Below are positions 42,818 to 50,511 of a stretch of 64,000 bases of DNA, one piece after another (within the stretch, counting starts at the first letter, position 1; each line of letters opens with the position of its first letter). Origin of the DNA: an uncultured Bacillota bacterium (GTDB taxonomy: Bacteria > Bacillota_I > Bacilli_A > RF39 > UBA660); contig CAMVLZ010000004.1 in NCBI GenBank assembly GCA_947168485.1, positions 3,732 to 67,731 on the forward strand, given 5' to 3'. The notes beneath the pieces were generated by a model, which saw only the letters and a program-made list of their open reading frames with translations, was not told the DNA's origin and did no database searches. The translations under genes and the position numbers were made by a program.

Positions 42818-43417
42818 TCACCCCGCAATATTTTTTTTCGAACACTTCAATATGAAGAATCCTTTTTCTTTCTTTAAAACATCTACATCGTACTTTAAAC
42901 TTAAATCTCTAATAACAGACTTAGCTCCTTGCTGCTTCCTAATTACTAAAAATAGTTTCCCATTATCTTCCAAGTAATCGTTCGCATTCATTAACATATC
43001 ATATACTACAGATTTACCAGCTCTAATTGGTGGATTAGTAATAATACTAGAATATTTATCAGTAACATTAGAATAAACATTACTTTCAAATACATTAATA
43101 TTATGACATTTATTAAGATCACTATTCATTTTAGCCAAATGAACAGCTCTTAAATTAACATCAACTAAATCACAAGAACAATCATGAACTTTGTTTAAAA
43201 CAATACCAATGACACCATAACCACATCCCAAATCAAGAATTTTGCCTCCAACTTCGTCAAGCGGAATGCTCTCAAGAAGAAGTCTACTGCCAAAATCCAA
43301 ACCGTACTTAGAAAAAACGCCATTGTCTGTATTAAAAGTGAATTTTTGTCCTCTTACAAAACAACTAGTCTTTTTAATATTACTTACTAACTTTTCATTA
43401 GTAAAATATTGTCCCAT
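42818..43417 (-). CDS. class I SAM-dependent methyltransferase (RsmC/YbxB-like small-domain MTase)
   Basis: [12 protein letters not shown] (SAM motif I) and [11 protein letters not shown] (NPPxxxG). Same position as Bacillus ybxB upstream of rpoB. Start at ATG 43417 (MGQYFTNE) behind AGAGGGGA. Confidence 0.8.
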   Translation of the reverse strand: MGQYFTNEKLVSNIKKTSCFVRGQKFTFNTDNGVFSKYGLDFGSRLLLESIPLDEVGGKILDLGCGYGVIGIVLNKVHDCSCDLVDVNLRAVHLAKMNSDLNKCHNINVFESNVYSNVTDKYSSIITNPPIRAGKSVVYDMLMNANDYLEDNGKLFLVIRKQQGAKSVIRDLSLKYDVDVLKKEKGFFILKCSKKNIAG

Positions 43418-43430
43418 TAAATCCCCTCTT

Positions 43431-43479
43431 TTAAACAAAAAGAAGGAGAAAACTATCATAATAAAGTCTAGTTTTCTCC
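43431..43479 (-). promoter_or_regulatory. terminator-like hairpin (possible attenuator) in the 5' leader of methyltransferase-rpoB-rpoC
   Basis: Reverse strand GGAGAAAACTA-13 nt loop-TAGTTTTCTCC followed by TTCTTTTTGTTT, between the promoter and the RBS. Confidence 0.5.
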
Positions 43480-43494
43480 CTTTCAAACACATAT

Positions 43495-43521
43495 ATTATA
43501 CCACATATTTATATTTGTCAA
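43495..43521 (-). promoter_or_regulatory. extended -10 promoter for methyltransferase-rpoB-rpoC
   Basis: Reverse strand TTGACA, 15 nt spacer ending in TGG, TATAAT. The spacer is short but the TGnTATAAT is perfect. Confidence 0.45.
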
Positions 43522-43541
43522 CAATTTTTTTACTTTTTTTG

Positions 43542-43575
43542 TAAAAAAAAACAGAACGGTAATCGGTCCGCCTGT
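43542..43575 (-). terminator. intrinsic terminator of the orphan ncRNA
   Basis: Reverse strand ACAGGCGG-ACCGATTA-CCGTTCTGT (GC-containing stem) followed by nine T. Confidence 0.65.
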
Positions 43576-43953
43576 AAAAAAACATCATACTAGGAATAAA
43601 TATTAAATCATTTAACCAAAAACGTAGCATTTTTTCTCGGAGTCCACGTAAGATTAGCTAAATCTTAACCCTCCCGAGTTTTACGGATTACAACACTTAG
43701 TAATCGCATGAGTCCTCTCTCATAATTCAAATATTCTTAGAATCGTACGTCTCTCTTCTATTAGACATTGTTTGCTAACAGAACGCAATGATCATTGACT
43801 GACTACCGATATACTCGTCATTAAGCACCAGGCATGCTACCTTATATATAAAATATAAGCTAATAGGCGCCAAATCGAGACACCAAGAATATTCTACTAA
43901 ATTGTACAAAGATAAGATCAATCAAGTAAACTCAATCTCTCTTTATCTTATAC
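43543..43953 (-). ncRNA. orphan structured RNA of about 400 nt, class unknown
   Basis: Lies between its own promoter (43958-43985) and terminator (43542-43575). No ORF longer than about 13 codons. Locally GC-enriched, for example 25 G+C in the 60 nt at 43621-43680 against a very AT-rich background. Many short hairpins: GCUUAUAUA/UAUAUAAG, CAUUG...CAAUG, AUGAG/CUCAU, GAUUAC/GUAAUC, CUCGG...CCGAG enclosing UAAGAUU/AAUCUUA. Confidence 0.55.
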
Positions 43954-43957
43954 ATTG

Positions 43958-43985
43958 ATTATAGCACACTAAATTATAAAGTCAA
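43958..43985 (-). promoter_or_regulatory. extended -10 promoter of the orphan ncRNA
   Basis: Reverse strand TTGACT, 16 nt spacer ending in TGC, TATAAT. Confidence 0.55.
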
Positions 43986-43989
43986 TAAC

Positions 43990-44025
43990 CTAAAATAAAA
44001 AAGTTGTCTATAATAAGACAACTTT
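43990..44025 (-). terminator. intrinsic terminator of the T7SS-like module
   Basis: Reverse strand AAAGTTGTCT-TATTAT-AGACAACTTT followed by TTTATTTT. The stem contains the last codons and stop of the esaB-like gene. Confidence 0.6.
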
Positions 44026-44256
44026 ACACCCATTCTTTAAACCAGATAATCTAACTAGGTTATTATTGTTGATAACATTACCATCTATATTGATTAAATA
44101 AGCATTATCATGCTTTACATAATTATTACTTGACATCTCTATTAAAGTATTTTGAATCATATCAAGTACATCTACTACCTTTACATTAATAGGTAATAAT
44201 AGATCATATGATTCATCTAAAGATAAAACATAAATTGTAACAAGTATATTAGTCAT
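44008..44256 (-). CDS. esaB: EsaB/YukD-like ubiquitin-fold protein of type VIIb secretion systems
   Basis: 82 aa with an SYDLLLPINVKVVDVLDMI core and a C-terminal LSGLKNGCKVVLL. This is the same pattern as S. aureus EsaB and B. subtilis YukD. Located 8 nt downstream of essC. Confidence 0.75.
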   Translation of the reverse strand: MTNILVTIYVLSLDESYDLLLPINVKVVDVLDMIQNTLIEMSSNNYVKHDNAYLINIDGNVINNNNLVRLSGLKNGCKVVLL

Positions 44257-44264
44257 ATAACCTC

Positions 44265-47200
44265 CTATATAGTTGGGAACCTAATAAATAAAGGTTCAGA
44301 ATCAACAACATTAACGACCATTTCGTTACTTGGATTAACTGGATTATCAGAATAAGATATAGATTGCATATCAAGAGCTGATTGAGAATCATAATCTACA
44401 CCAATCCAAATACCATTTGAATTATCTATTAAATTAGAAATATTAGAATTCAATAATTTAGAATAAGACTCCTCTTTTTCAAATAATACAAATTTAAAAT
44501 TATTATTAGAACAATCTAGTATTAAATCATCTAATGTATGAATAGAATCATCCTTAGCTTTAGCTTTAGTTAAATAATTATTAATAGCACTATAACCTAA
44601 TACTAAAATAACAAAAGACTTTTCAGAAGGATTTTCATTTAGTTTTAGACAATTATCATAAAGTAAATTATTTACTTTCTCAAAATCAGATTCATATATC
44701 TTTGCTTTCTCATCTAATTTATAATTAATACCCTTCTTACCATTAAGTATAATTAAATTAGTATTTTCACAACTACAAATAATCTTACTAAAGTAACTAA
44801 CAAATTTACCAATATTAGCAACTTCTGCTGCGGCTAATAATGATATTTTCTTATTAAAGTCAAAATATTGTTGTTGAGCAGTAACTAAGTTTACACCTAA
44901 AGGAATATTATTTAATGTATTAGCCTTAGATGTATAAGATTCAATAGATAATTTCCTTGGTACATCAGGTACTTCAGGAGCTTTTATTGGATTAGATTTA
45001 TCTAATTCAGTAAATAATGAATCTAAATATTCTTTCTTAGAAGATTCTTCACAAATTAGTGCAGTCTGATACTCAACAGGTACACCTTCATTTAATATAA
45101 CTCCACGTCCAGGATTTCCTGCAGGAGCTTTTCCTCCTTTAAATATATATGAATAAGTTGATTCATCACTTAATTGTAATAAAACATATTGTTTAAAACT
45201 ATTATCTACACTTGATGGAACTCCATCAGGGGAAGAAACAGCAATAACAAATTCAATACCAAATTTAGAACAATTTCTAAGTATAGGAACAAATAAATCA
45301 TCAAATAATTCATCAAAGTTTTCTTTGAAGACTTCAAATCCATACATATAAACAATTATATTAGGAAAAGCACAATTTCCAGTACTAACATCAGTTTGAT
45401 AATCTCCACCATGTTCAGAATAATATTTCTTTCTCTTATTCAATTCAGTTTCAATCATATAGAAGAAATAACTAATCTTATTTTTATCATCAATACTTAG
45501 AACATCACCTATATGAGGAGCTTTTTTATAATTAATAAATTGTACAGTTCCAAAATCTAAAATATAAATGTTTAACTCATCACTAGTATGTCTAATTATT
45601 GAAGAAAATATCATAGTTGAGAACAAAGTAGCTTTACCAGAACCAGGATTACCCATAATTACAGTATTACCAGCACCAGTAAGCGATAATCTAACAAAAC
45701 CTTGACGTTGATTTTCAGGATCATCATATTCACCAATTAATGGATTAATAACATATTTACTCTCAGGAATATTAGTATATTTATTTAATAAATTTCCATA
45801 GAATAATCTCTTAGGAACATTATCTAACCATAATTGATGATTTTTATATCCTTGAACTTCAGCAACATCAACTATATATTTCATTACATTTGTTAATTCT
45901 TCTCCTAAATCTTGAGAAACTTGAACATTATTATCTTTTTTAACAACATTTCTATAAGTATCACCAGTATCATCAATAAAGTATATAGAATCATCAGTAT
46001 TTGTAGTAACCATTTCAGATGGAACATAAGGAATACCAGAATATCCTGATTGTCCTAAAACATAATATTCATCATATCCAACTTGTAAATAAAATCTACC
46101 AGCTTCTTTAATATAAGCAGCATCAGGTTTTCTTAACATTTCATTACTATCATCTGCTGTTTGTACTTTACAACAAACTTTAAATTTAGCATTTGACCAA
46201 ATTTGATCATCTACAACACCACTAGGTTTTTGTGTAGCAAGAATCAAGTGAATACCTAAAGATCTACCAATACGAGCAGCAGATACTAACTCATCCATAA
46301 AATCAGGTTGTTGAGCTTTTAACTCAGCGAACTCATCACAAATTATAAATAAATGAGACATAGGCTCATCTAAAGAACCATCCCTTACATACATTTGATA
46401 TTTATAAATATCGATAGACCCTGTATTTAATTTTTCTTTAGCAGCATTAAATGCTTTTTGTCTTCTTTGCAACTCACTCTTAATTGAAACTAAAGTACGA
46501 TTCATTTCAGCTTTATCTAAGTTAGTAATAGTACCAACCAAATGAGGTAATTTAATACCAGTCTTTCTATTTTCAAAAGCACCAGCTAAACCTCCACCTT
46601 TATAATCAATAAGAACAAATTGTACTTCATCAGGACTATAATTAATAGCTAAAGATAAAATATAACTAACAATAAACTCAGATTTACCAGAACCAGTCAT
46701 ACCAGCAATCAAACCATGTGGACCATGTTTCTTTTCATGCAAATCTAAATTTAAAATATTACCATTCGCATCAATACCAATAGGAGTAGCTAAAGTACTA
46801 GATATAGGAGCAGTCTTCCATCTCTCAACTATATTTAATTGCTCTATCTTACCTACACCAAACATCTCTAAGAAACCAAACTTACTTGGTAAAGAAGCAT
46901 TTGAAGTATCATCAGGTTCAACCTTAACAGGTATATTTGCTAATCTTTCAACATCTCTATAAAAGTTAACTGTTGTATCAATCTTGTTAGGTTTAAACTT
47001 AACAATATTTTTCTCATCCATTTCAGAATTAAAGAAAGTACATTCATTATCAGAATAATTAATAAAGTAATTACAACCAGTAGGTATATTATTAACCTTA
47101 TTAGTAAATAACAATAAACTAATAAACATAGTTTCTTGATCAGTTGCACTACGTAAAACATAATCAATAATTTTTAAACTCTTATAATACTCAATACAAT

Positions 47201-48851
47201 CTGAAATAATAACATAATAAGTATCAATACCCTTTTTATTATCAGAACTATTAACTTTATTAATAATTTTCATTAACTCATTAGAAACAGATTCAGCTTC
47301 ATTTAAGTTAGTAGCAAAAAATCTAAAAGTTCTACTATTATTCCAACAATGATTTAAATTCTTAATATGATTTAAATTAGAATTTGGATTAGTCAAAACA
47401 ACAAATTTCAAACTTCCATAATCATGTAAACAAGATAATTGCAATAAAATAGAATTTAAATAATTAGAATAATTACCAGTAGCATCAATAACAGCTAAAC
47501 TCTTATTCTTAAGTGAAAAAGTAAATGAAGAATCATCAATAAATTCATATTTTTTTATTAATGCATCAATATCATCATATAACTTATCATTTTGTACTAT
47601 AAAATCAGGTTTAGAATATTCAACTTCTATAGAAGACTTTACTCTACCAGATCCACATAAGAACCTTAAAAATGAATCAGATTCAATATTTCTAGAAAAT
47701 AGATTTGCATTCTTACTTACAATAGCATCTTCACAATCATTTAATGATATATTATTAAATTTTAAAACATTCTTTTCTTCAACAATTACCGCTTCAAACT
47801 CTTTATCTTTTCGTTTTAAATATCTTTTATAATTAAAGACCCTCATACGATTATTAAAGAATCTTTTTAATTTAGCAGCATAATGTTCTATTATAGGCCA
47901 CAAGATACTTGTAACTAATAAAATAGCAAACATAACAATTCCAGTTATTAATGACTCTTTATTAGAAGCTATAGTATCAGCAGAAGCCCCAGCAGTATTT
48001 CTCTTATAACTAGCAAATGAAAAGTATAAAGTAACAAATGATGATAATCCCATCAAAGCAGAAGGAACAATTTGAGATAATATATTAGAATCAGTATTTT
48101 TTTCTTTTGCATCAGGTGGTGTAATAACTGCTTTATAAGTATCATATTTTTTCTTAAATATCGGAGACTTATAAAAATAATCATACATTGTATATAACTC
48201 TTTAGCAGACTCTGTTATAGGATTATCCGCTACAACTAATTCAAATTTAGTATTTACTAAAATATCACCAGTTCTAATATTTTCAATTGGTCCAACAATA
48301 AATATTTTATTACCAACAAAAGTAAGTTTAACTCCCATTAAAAACACACTATCAAAACTAGAAAGTATAACATTCTCTTCTCTCTTCTTATTTACATATA
48401 TAGGAACTTTATTATCTAAATTAGATAAATTCCAAACACCGTTATTAAAATCTAATTTAATTTGTTTATCAGAGATTCTAGGATTATTGTAAACCAAATT
48501 ACAATCATTACCTTTACCAACAATTATACTAGAACCATTAGCAACCTCTTTCATTAAAGGTTTATCAATAAAACCAGGAAATACATATAAAATAATATAC
48601 TCACTATTATGATAATTCAAAGTATAAAATTCATAAGGAATAACTTCAACTTTATCTAAATAAGATCCATTATACATAATAGAAACATCACTATTAGAAT
48701 TAAAGTACCACTTATCATCCTCAGAAGATATATTAATTAAACTTCTTGATTTATTATCTACGTCTAAATCACTTAACATATAACTACCAGAAAAATTCTT
48801 AGGTAATCTAAACGTGTTAATATTATTTAAATGAATGATATATATTAACAT
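44265..48851 (-). CDS. essC: EssC/YukB-like FtsK-SpoIIIE-family T7SS ATPase
   Basis: 1528 aa. N-terminal FHA-like repeats (IIVGKGNDCNLVYNNPRISDKQIKL), two TMs, ATPase 1 with LIAGMTGSGKSEF and FIICDEFAELK, ATPase 2 with VIMGNPGSGKATL, and a degenerate third domain. Confidence 0.9.
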   Translation of the reverse strand: MLIYIIHLNNINTFRLPKNFSGSYMLSDLDVDNKSRSLINISSEDDKWYFNSNSDVSIMYNGSYLDKVEVIPYEFYTLNYHNSEYIILYVFPGFIDKPLMKEVANGSSIIVGKGNDCNLVYNNPRISDKQIKLDFNNGVWNLSNLDNKVPIYVNKKREENVILSSFDSVFLMGVKLTFVGNKIFIVGPIENIRTGDILVNTKFELVVADNPITESAKELYTMYDYFYKSPIFKKKYDTYKAVITPPDAKEKNTDSNILSQIVPSALMGLSSFVTLYFSFASYKRNTAGASADTIASNKESLITGIVMFAILLVTSILWPIIEHYAAKLKRFFNNRMRVFNYKRYLKRKDKEFEAVIVEEKNVLKFNNISLNDCEDAIVSKNANLFSRNIESDSFLRFLCGSGRVKSSIEVEYSKPDFIVQNDKLYDDIDALIKKYEFIDDSSFTFSLKNKSLAVIDATGNYSNYLNSILLQLSCLHDYGSLKFVVLTNPNSNLNHIKNLNHCWNNSRTFRFFATNLNEAESVSNELMKIINKVNSSDNKKGIDTYYVIISDCIEYYKSLKIIDYVLRSATDQETMFISLLLFTNKVNNIPTGCNYFINYSDNECTFFNSEMDEKNIVKFKPNKIDTTVNFYRDVERLANIPVKVEPDDTSNASLPSKFGFLEMFGVGKIEQLNIVERWKTAPISSTLATPIGIDANGNILNLDLHEKKHGPHGLIAGMTGSGKSEFIVSYILSLAINYSPDEVQFVLIDYKGGGLAGAFENRKTGIKLPHLVGTITNLDKAEMNRTLVSIKSELQRRQKAFNAAKEKLNTGSIDIYKYQMYVRDGSLDEPMSHLFIICDEFAELKAQQPDFMDELVSAARIGRSLGIHLILATQKPSGVVDDQIWSNAKFKVCCKVQTADDSNEMLRKPDAAYIKEAGRFYLQVGYDEYYVLGQSGYSGIPYVPSEMVTTNTDDSIYFIDDTGDTYRNVVKKDNNVQVSQDLGEELTNVMKYIVDVAEVQGYKNHQLWLDNVPKRLFYGNLLNKYTNIPESKYVINPLIGEYDDPENQRQGFVRLSLTGAGNTVIMGNPGSGKATLFSTMIFSSIIRHTSDELNIYILDFGTVQFINYKKAPHIGDVLSIDDKNKISYFFYMIETELNKRKKYYSEHGGDYQTDVSTGNCAFPNIIVYMYGFEVFKENFDELFDDLFVPILRNCSKFGIEFVIAVSSPDGVPSSVDNSFKQYVLLQLSDESTYSYIFKGGKAPAGNPGRGVILNEGVPVEYQTALICEESSKKEYLDSLFTELDKSNPIKAPEVPDVPRKLSIESYTSKANTLNNIPLGVNLVTAQQQYFDFNKKISLLAAAEVANIGKFVSYFSKIICSCENTNLIILNGKKGINYKLDEKAKIYESDFEKVNNLLYDNCLKLNENPSEKSFVILVLGYSAINNYLTKAKAKDDSIHTLDDLILDCSNNNFKFVLFEKEESYSKLLNSNISNLIDNSNGIWIGVDYDSQSALDMQSISYSDNPVNPSNEMVVNVVDSEPLFIRFPTI

Positions 48852-48882
48852 ATCTCCAACTCCTTATTCTCTCTATTATATT

Positions 48883-48891
48883 TATTATATC
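48883..48891 (-). promoter_or_regulatory. possible internal extended -10 promoter for essC
   Basis: Reverse strand TGATATAAT, about 30 nt upstream of the essC RBS. No good -35. Confidence 0.3.
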
Positions 48892-48905
48892 ACTATATTT
48901 TTCTA

Positions 48906-48936
48906 TATAAAAGAAAAAAGATGATATTCATCATCT
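48906..48936 (-). terminator. weak intrinsic terminator or attenuator between small T7SS genes and essC
   Basis: Reverse strand AAGATGAT-GAAT-ATCATCTT followed by TTTTCTTTT, 3 nt after the stop of the acidic protein gene. Confidence 0.4.
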
Positions 48937-48939
48937 TAA

Positions 48940-49275
48940 TTATTCAAACATATTATTTAAATTATCCAACTCATCTGAAGTAATAGAATCAGCAGGATTT
49001 TGCACTTCAGGTTCAGGCATACCAGCCTCAGTATCTGAAACTGCAGTATAATCTACCTCTTCTTCATCAGAATCGTCATATAATTCTTCGTCTTCATCAT
49101 CTTCTTCAGTACCATCAACTAAATCTTCTTCATCATCTGCTTCAGTTAACACATCTGCTTCTTCTTCAGTAGGAGTATCAACATCATGATTAAGTCTAGC
49201 AGCGATTTGTTTAATTTCTTCTGGCATTGAATCAGTTATAACAATATGTCCATCTTGGTCTAAATTAGCAGGCAA
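48940..49275 (-). CDS. small highly acidic (D/E-rich) protein of the T7SS-like module
   Basis: TTG start 6 nt after AGGAGGTG, which overlaps the stop of the WXG gene. Short N-terminal ordered-looking segment, then a long D/E tract (TEEEADVLTEADDEEDLVDGTEEDDEDEELYDDSDEEE). Confidence 0.65.
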   Translation of the reverse strand: MPANLDQDGHIVITDSMPEEIKQIAARLNHDVDTPTEEEADVLTEADDEEDLVDGTEEDDEDEELYDDSDEEEVDYTAVSDTEAGMPEPEVQNPADSITSDELDNLNNMFE

Positions 49276-49287
49276 CTAAAACACCTC

Positions 49288-49596
49288 CTATTTTCCAAAA
49301 TATCCTTTTTGACTTAATGTTATATATCTATTATATAACTTATTCCAAGCTTGGCATGCTTCATTGTATGCTTTAATGTTATTATCCATATTACTCTTTG
49401 CACTATTAAAGTATCTTAATGCTTGAGGTCCGTTCCAATATGGATCTTCTCCATCACCTTTCATTAGTGAATTAAGAGTAGTATTTAAACCTTTTAAAGC
49501 TTGATAAATATTTTCAATTTCTTTATTTACATTATCACATAACTTAACATATTCATCATTGCTTAATTTTTTCTTTTTATTTTGTGTATTTGCCAT
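49288..49596 (-). CDS. WXG100-family (EsxA-like) small secreted protein
   Basis: 102 aa with two predicted helices and a central YWNGPQA (W-x-G) turn. Located next to essC. Confidence 0.7.
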   Translation of the reverse strand: MANTQNKKKKLSNDEYVKLCDNVNKEIENIYQALKGLNTTLNSLMKGDGEDPYWNGPQALRYFNSAKSNMDNNIKAYNEACQAWNKLYNRYITLSQKGYFGK

Positions 49597-49625
49597 ACAT
49601 TTCTCTCCTCTCTTATTTTATAAAA

Positions 49626-49991
49626 CTATAAATTTTTAAGTATTATATCCATATCTTCTGCATTTTGATATTCTTTTTTACATTGTTCTTTTCTAGAAGA
49701 TGCAGCTGATACTCTACCTTTAGCAGCTTTTTTAGCTTCAGTTAATTCATTTTTAACTTTTGTAGTAGCTAATCCTTTACTATTTAAAGCCTTTTTAAAA
49801 TAAGCCTCTAATCTTTCATTAGCTTTAGCTATTTGATCATAATAACCATTTGCTTTATAAATTTTTCCTAAAAGATCCTTTGCATTATCATGAATAACTA
49901 AATGATTTTTTACAACTGTACTAGGTACAGTAACTGCTAACTTTGCTGCTTGAGCTGTAGAATGTACTAATGTTCTTTTTGGTGTAGCCAT
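49626..49991 (-). CDS. small basic helical protein, first gene of the T7SS-like module
   Basis: ORF 49626..50009. Start placed at ATG 49991 (MATPKR), 8 nt after AAGGAG. Lys/Ala-rich helical sequence with no WXG. Confidence 0.6.
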   Translation of the reverse strand: MATPKRTLVHSTAQAAKLAVTVPSTVVKNHLVIHDNAKDLLGKIYKANGYYDQIAKANERLEAYFKKALNSKGLATTKVKNELTEAKKAAKGRVSAASSRKEQCKKEYQNAEDMDIILKNL

Positions 49992-50022
49992 TTTCATATC
50001 TCCTTTCATATCTTATATAAAA

Positions 50023-50051
50023 AATATAACTCATCTATTAAAATTAGTCAA
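50023..50051 (-). promoter_or_regulatory. sigma-A-type promoter of the T7SS-like module
   Basis: Reverse strand TTGACT, 17 nt spacer, TATATT, directly downstream of the rplL terminator. Confidence 0.55.
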
Positions 50052-50084
50052 CTAACTAGACTAAATTGAATGTAATAAAATGTA

Positions 50085-50117
50085 AAATAAAAAAAGAAGT
50101 TAAAATTATTTAACTTC
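50085..50117 (-). terminator. intrinsic terminator after rplL
   Basis: Reverse strand GAAGTTAAA-TAAT-TTTAACTTC followed by TTTTTTTATTTT. The stem includes the rplL stop. Confidence 0.6.
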
Positions 50118-50480
50118 TACAGTAGCTCCAGCTTCTTCTAGTTTAGCTTTAATTTCTTCACCTTCAGCAGCAGGTATATTTTCTTTAACAACACCCTTAT
50201 TGTCAACGATATCTTTAGATTCTTTTAATCCTAATCCAGTAATTTCTTTAACTACTTTGATTACTTGAACTTTAGCAGCTCCACCATCAGCAATAGCGAT
50301 AGTTACAGTTGAAGGAGCAGCATCTCCAGCTTCAGCTCCACCAGCAACAGGTGCAGCAACAGCTACAGCACTTGGATCAACTCCAAATTCTTCTTTCATT
50401 GCATCTACTAATTCTTTAATTTCTAATAAATTCATTTCTTTTAAACTTTCAATAAAAGTTTCTTTAGTTAATTTAGCCAT
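50106..50480 (-). CDS. rplL: 50S ribosomal protein L7/L12
   Basis: Ala/Gly hinge and C-terminal KVVKEITGLGLKESKDIV. Confidence 0.97.
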   Translation of the reverse strand: MAKLTKETFIESLKEMNLLEIKELVDAMKEEFGVDPSAVAVAAPVAGGAEAGDAAPSTVTIAIADGGAAKVQVIKVVKEITGLGLKESKDIVDNKGVVKENIPAAEGEEIKAKLEEAGATVEVK

Positions 50481-50511
50481 TCAAAATTCCTCCTTTATTT
50501 TATTTATAATA

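Noticed and set aside
43814-43871. glmS-ribozyme-like strings on the minus-strand RNA (GGCGCC ... CUUAAUGACGAG).
   Set aside because: Only two short strings match. The spacing and pairing do not reproduce the glmS P1/P2 core, and no glmS gene follows. The downstream gene is a methyltransferase with its own promoter.
43543-43953. The orphan RNA could be RNase P RNA. Its size (about 400 nt), its own strong promoter and terminator, and the housekeeping neighbourhood all fit.
   Set aside because: Neither strand contains the universally conserved P4 strand GGAAAGUCC near the 5' end. The closest strings are GAGGACUCAUGC (mid-molecule, missing the A-rich bulge) and, on the opposite strand, GGAGUCCACG. 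ACAGAAC occurs only on the plus strand, which lacks a promoter and terminator. A covariance-model scan is still needed to be certain.
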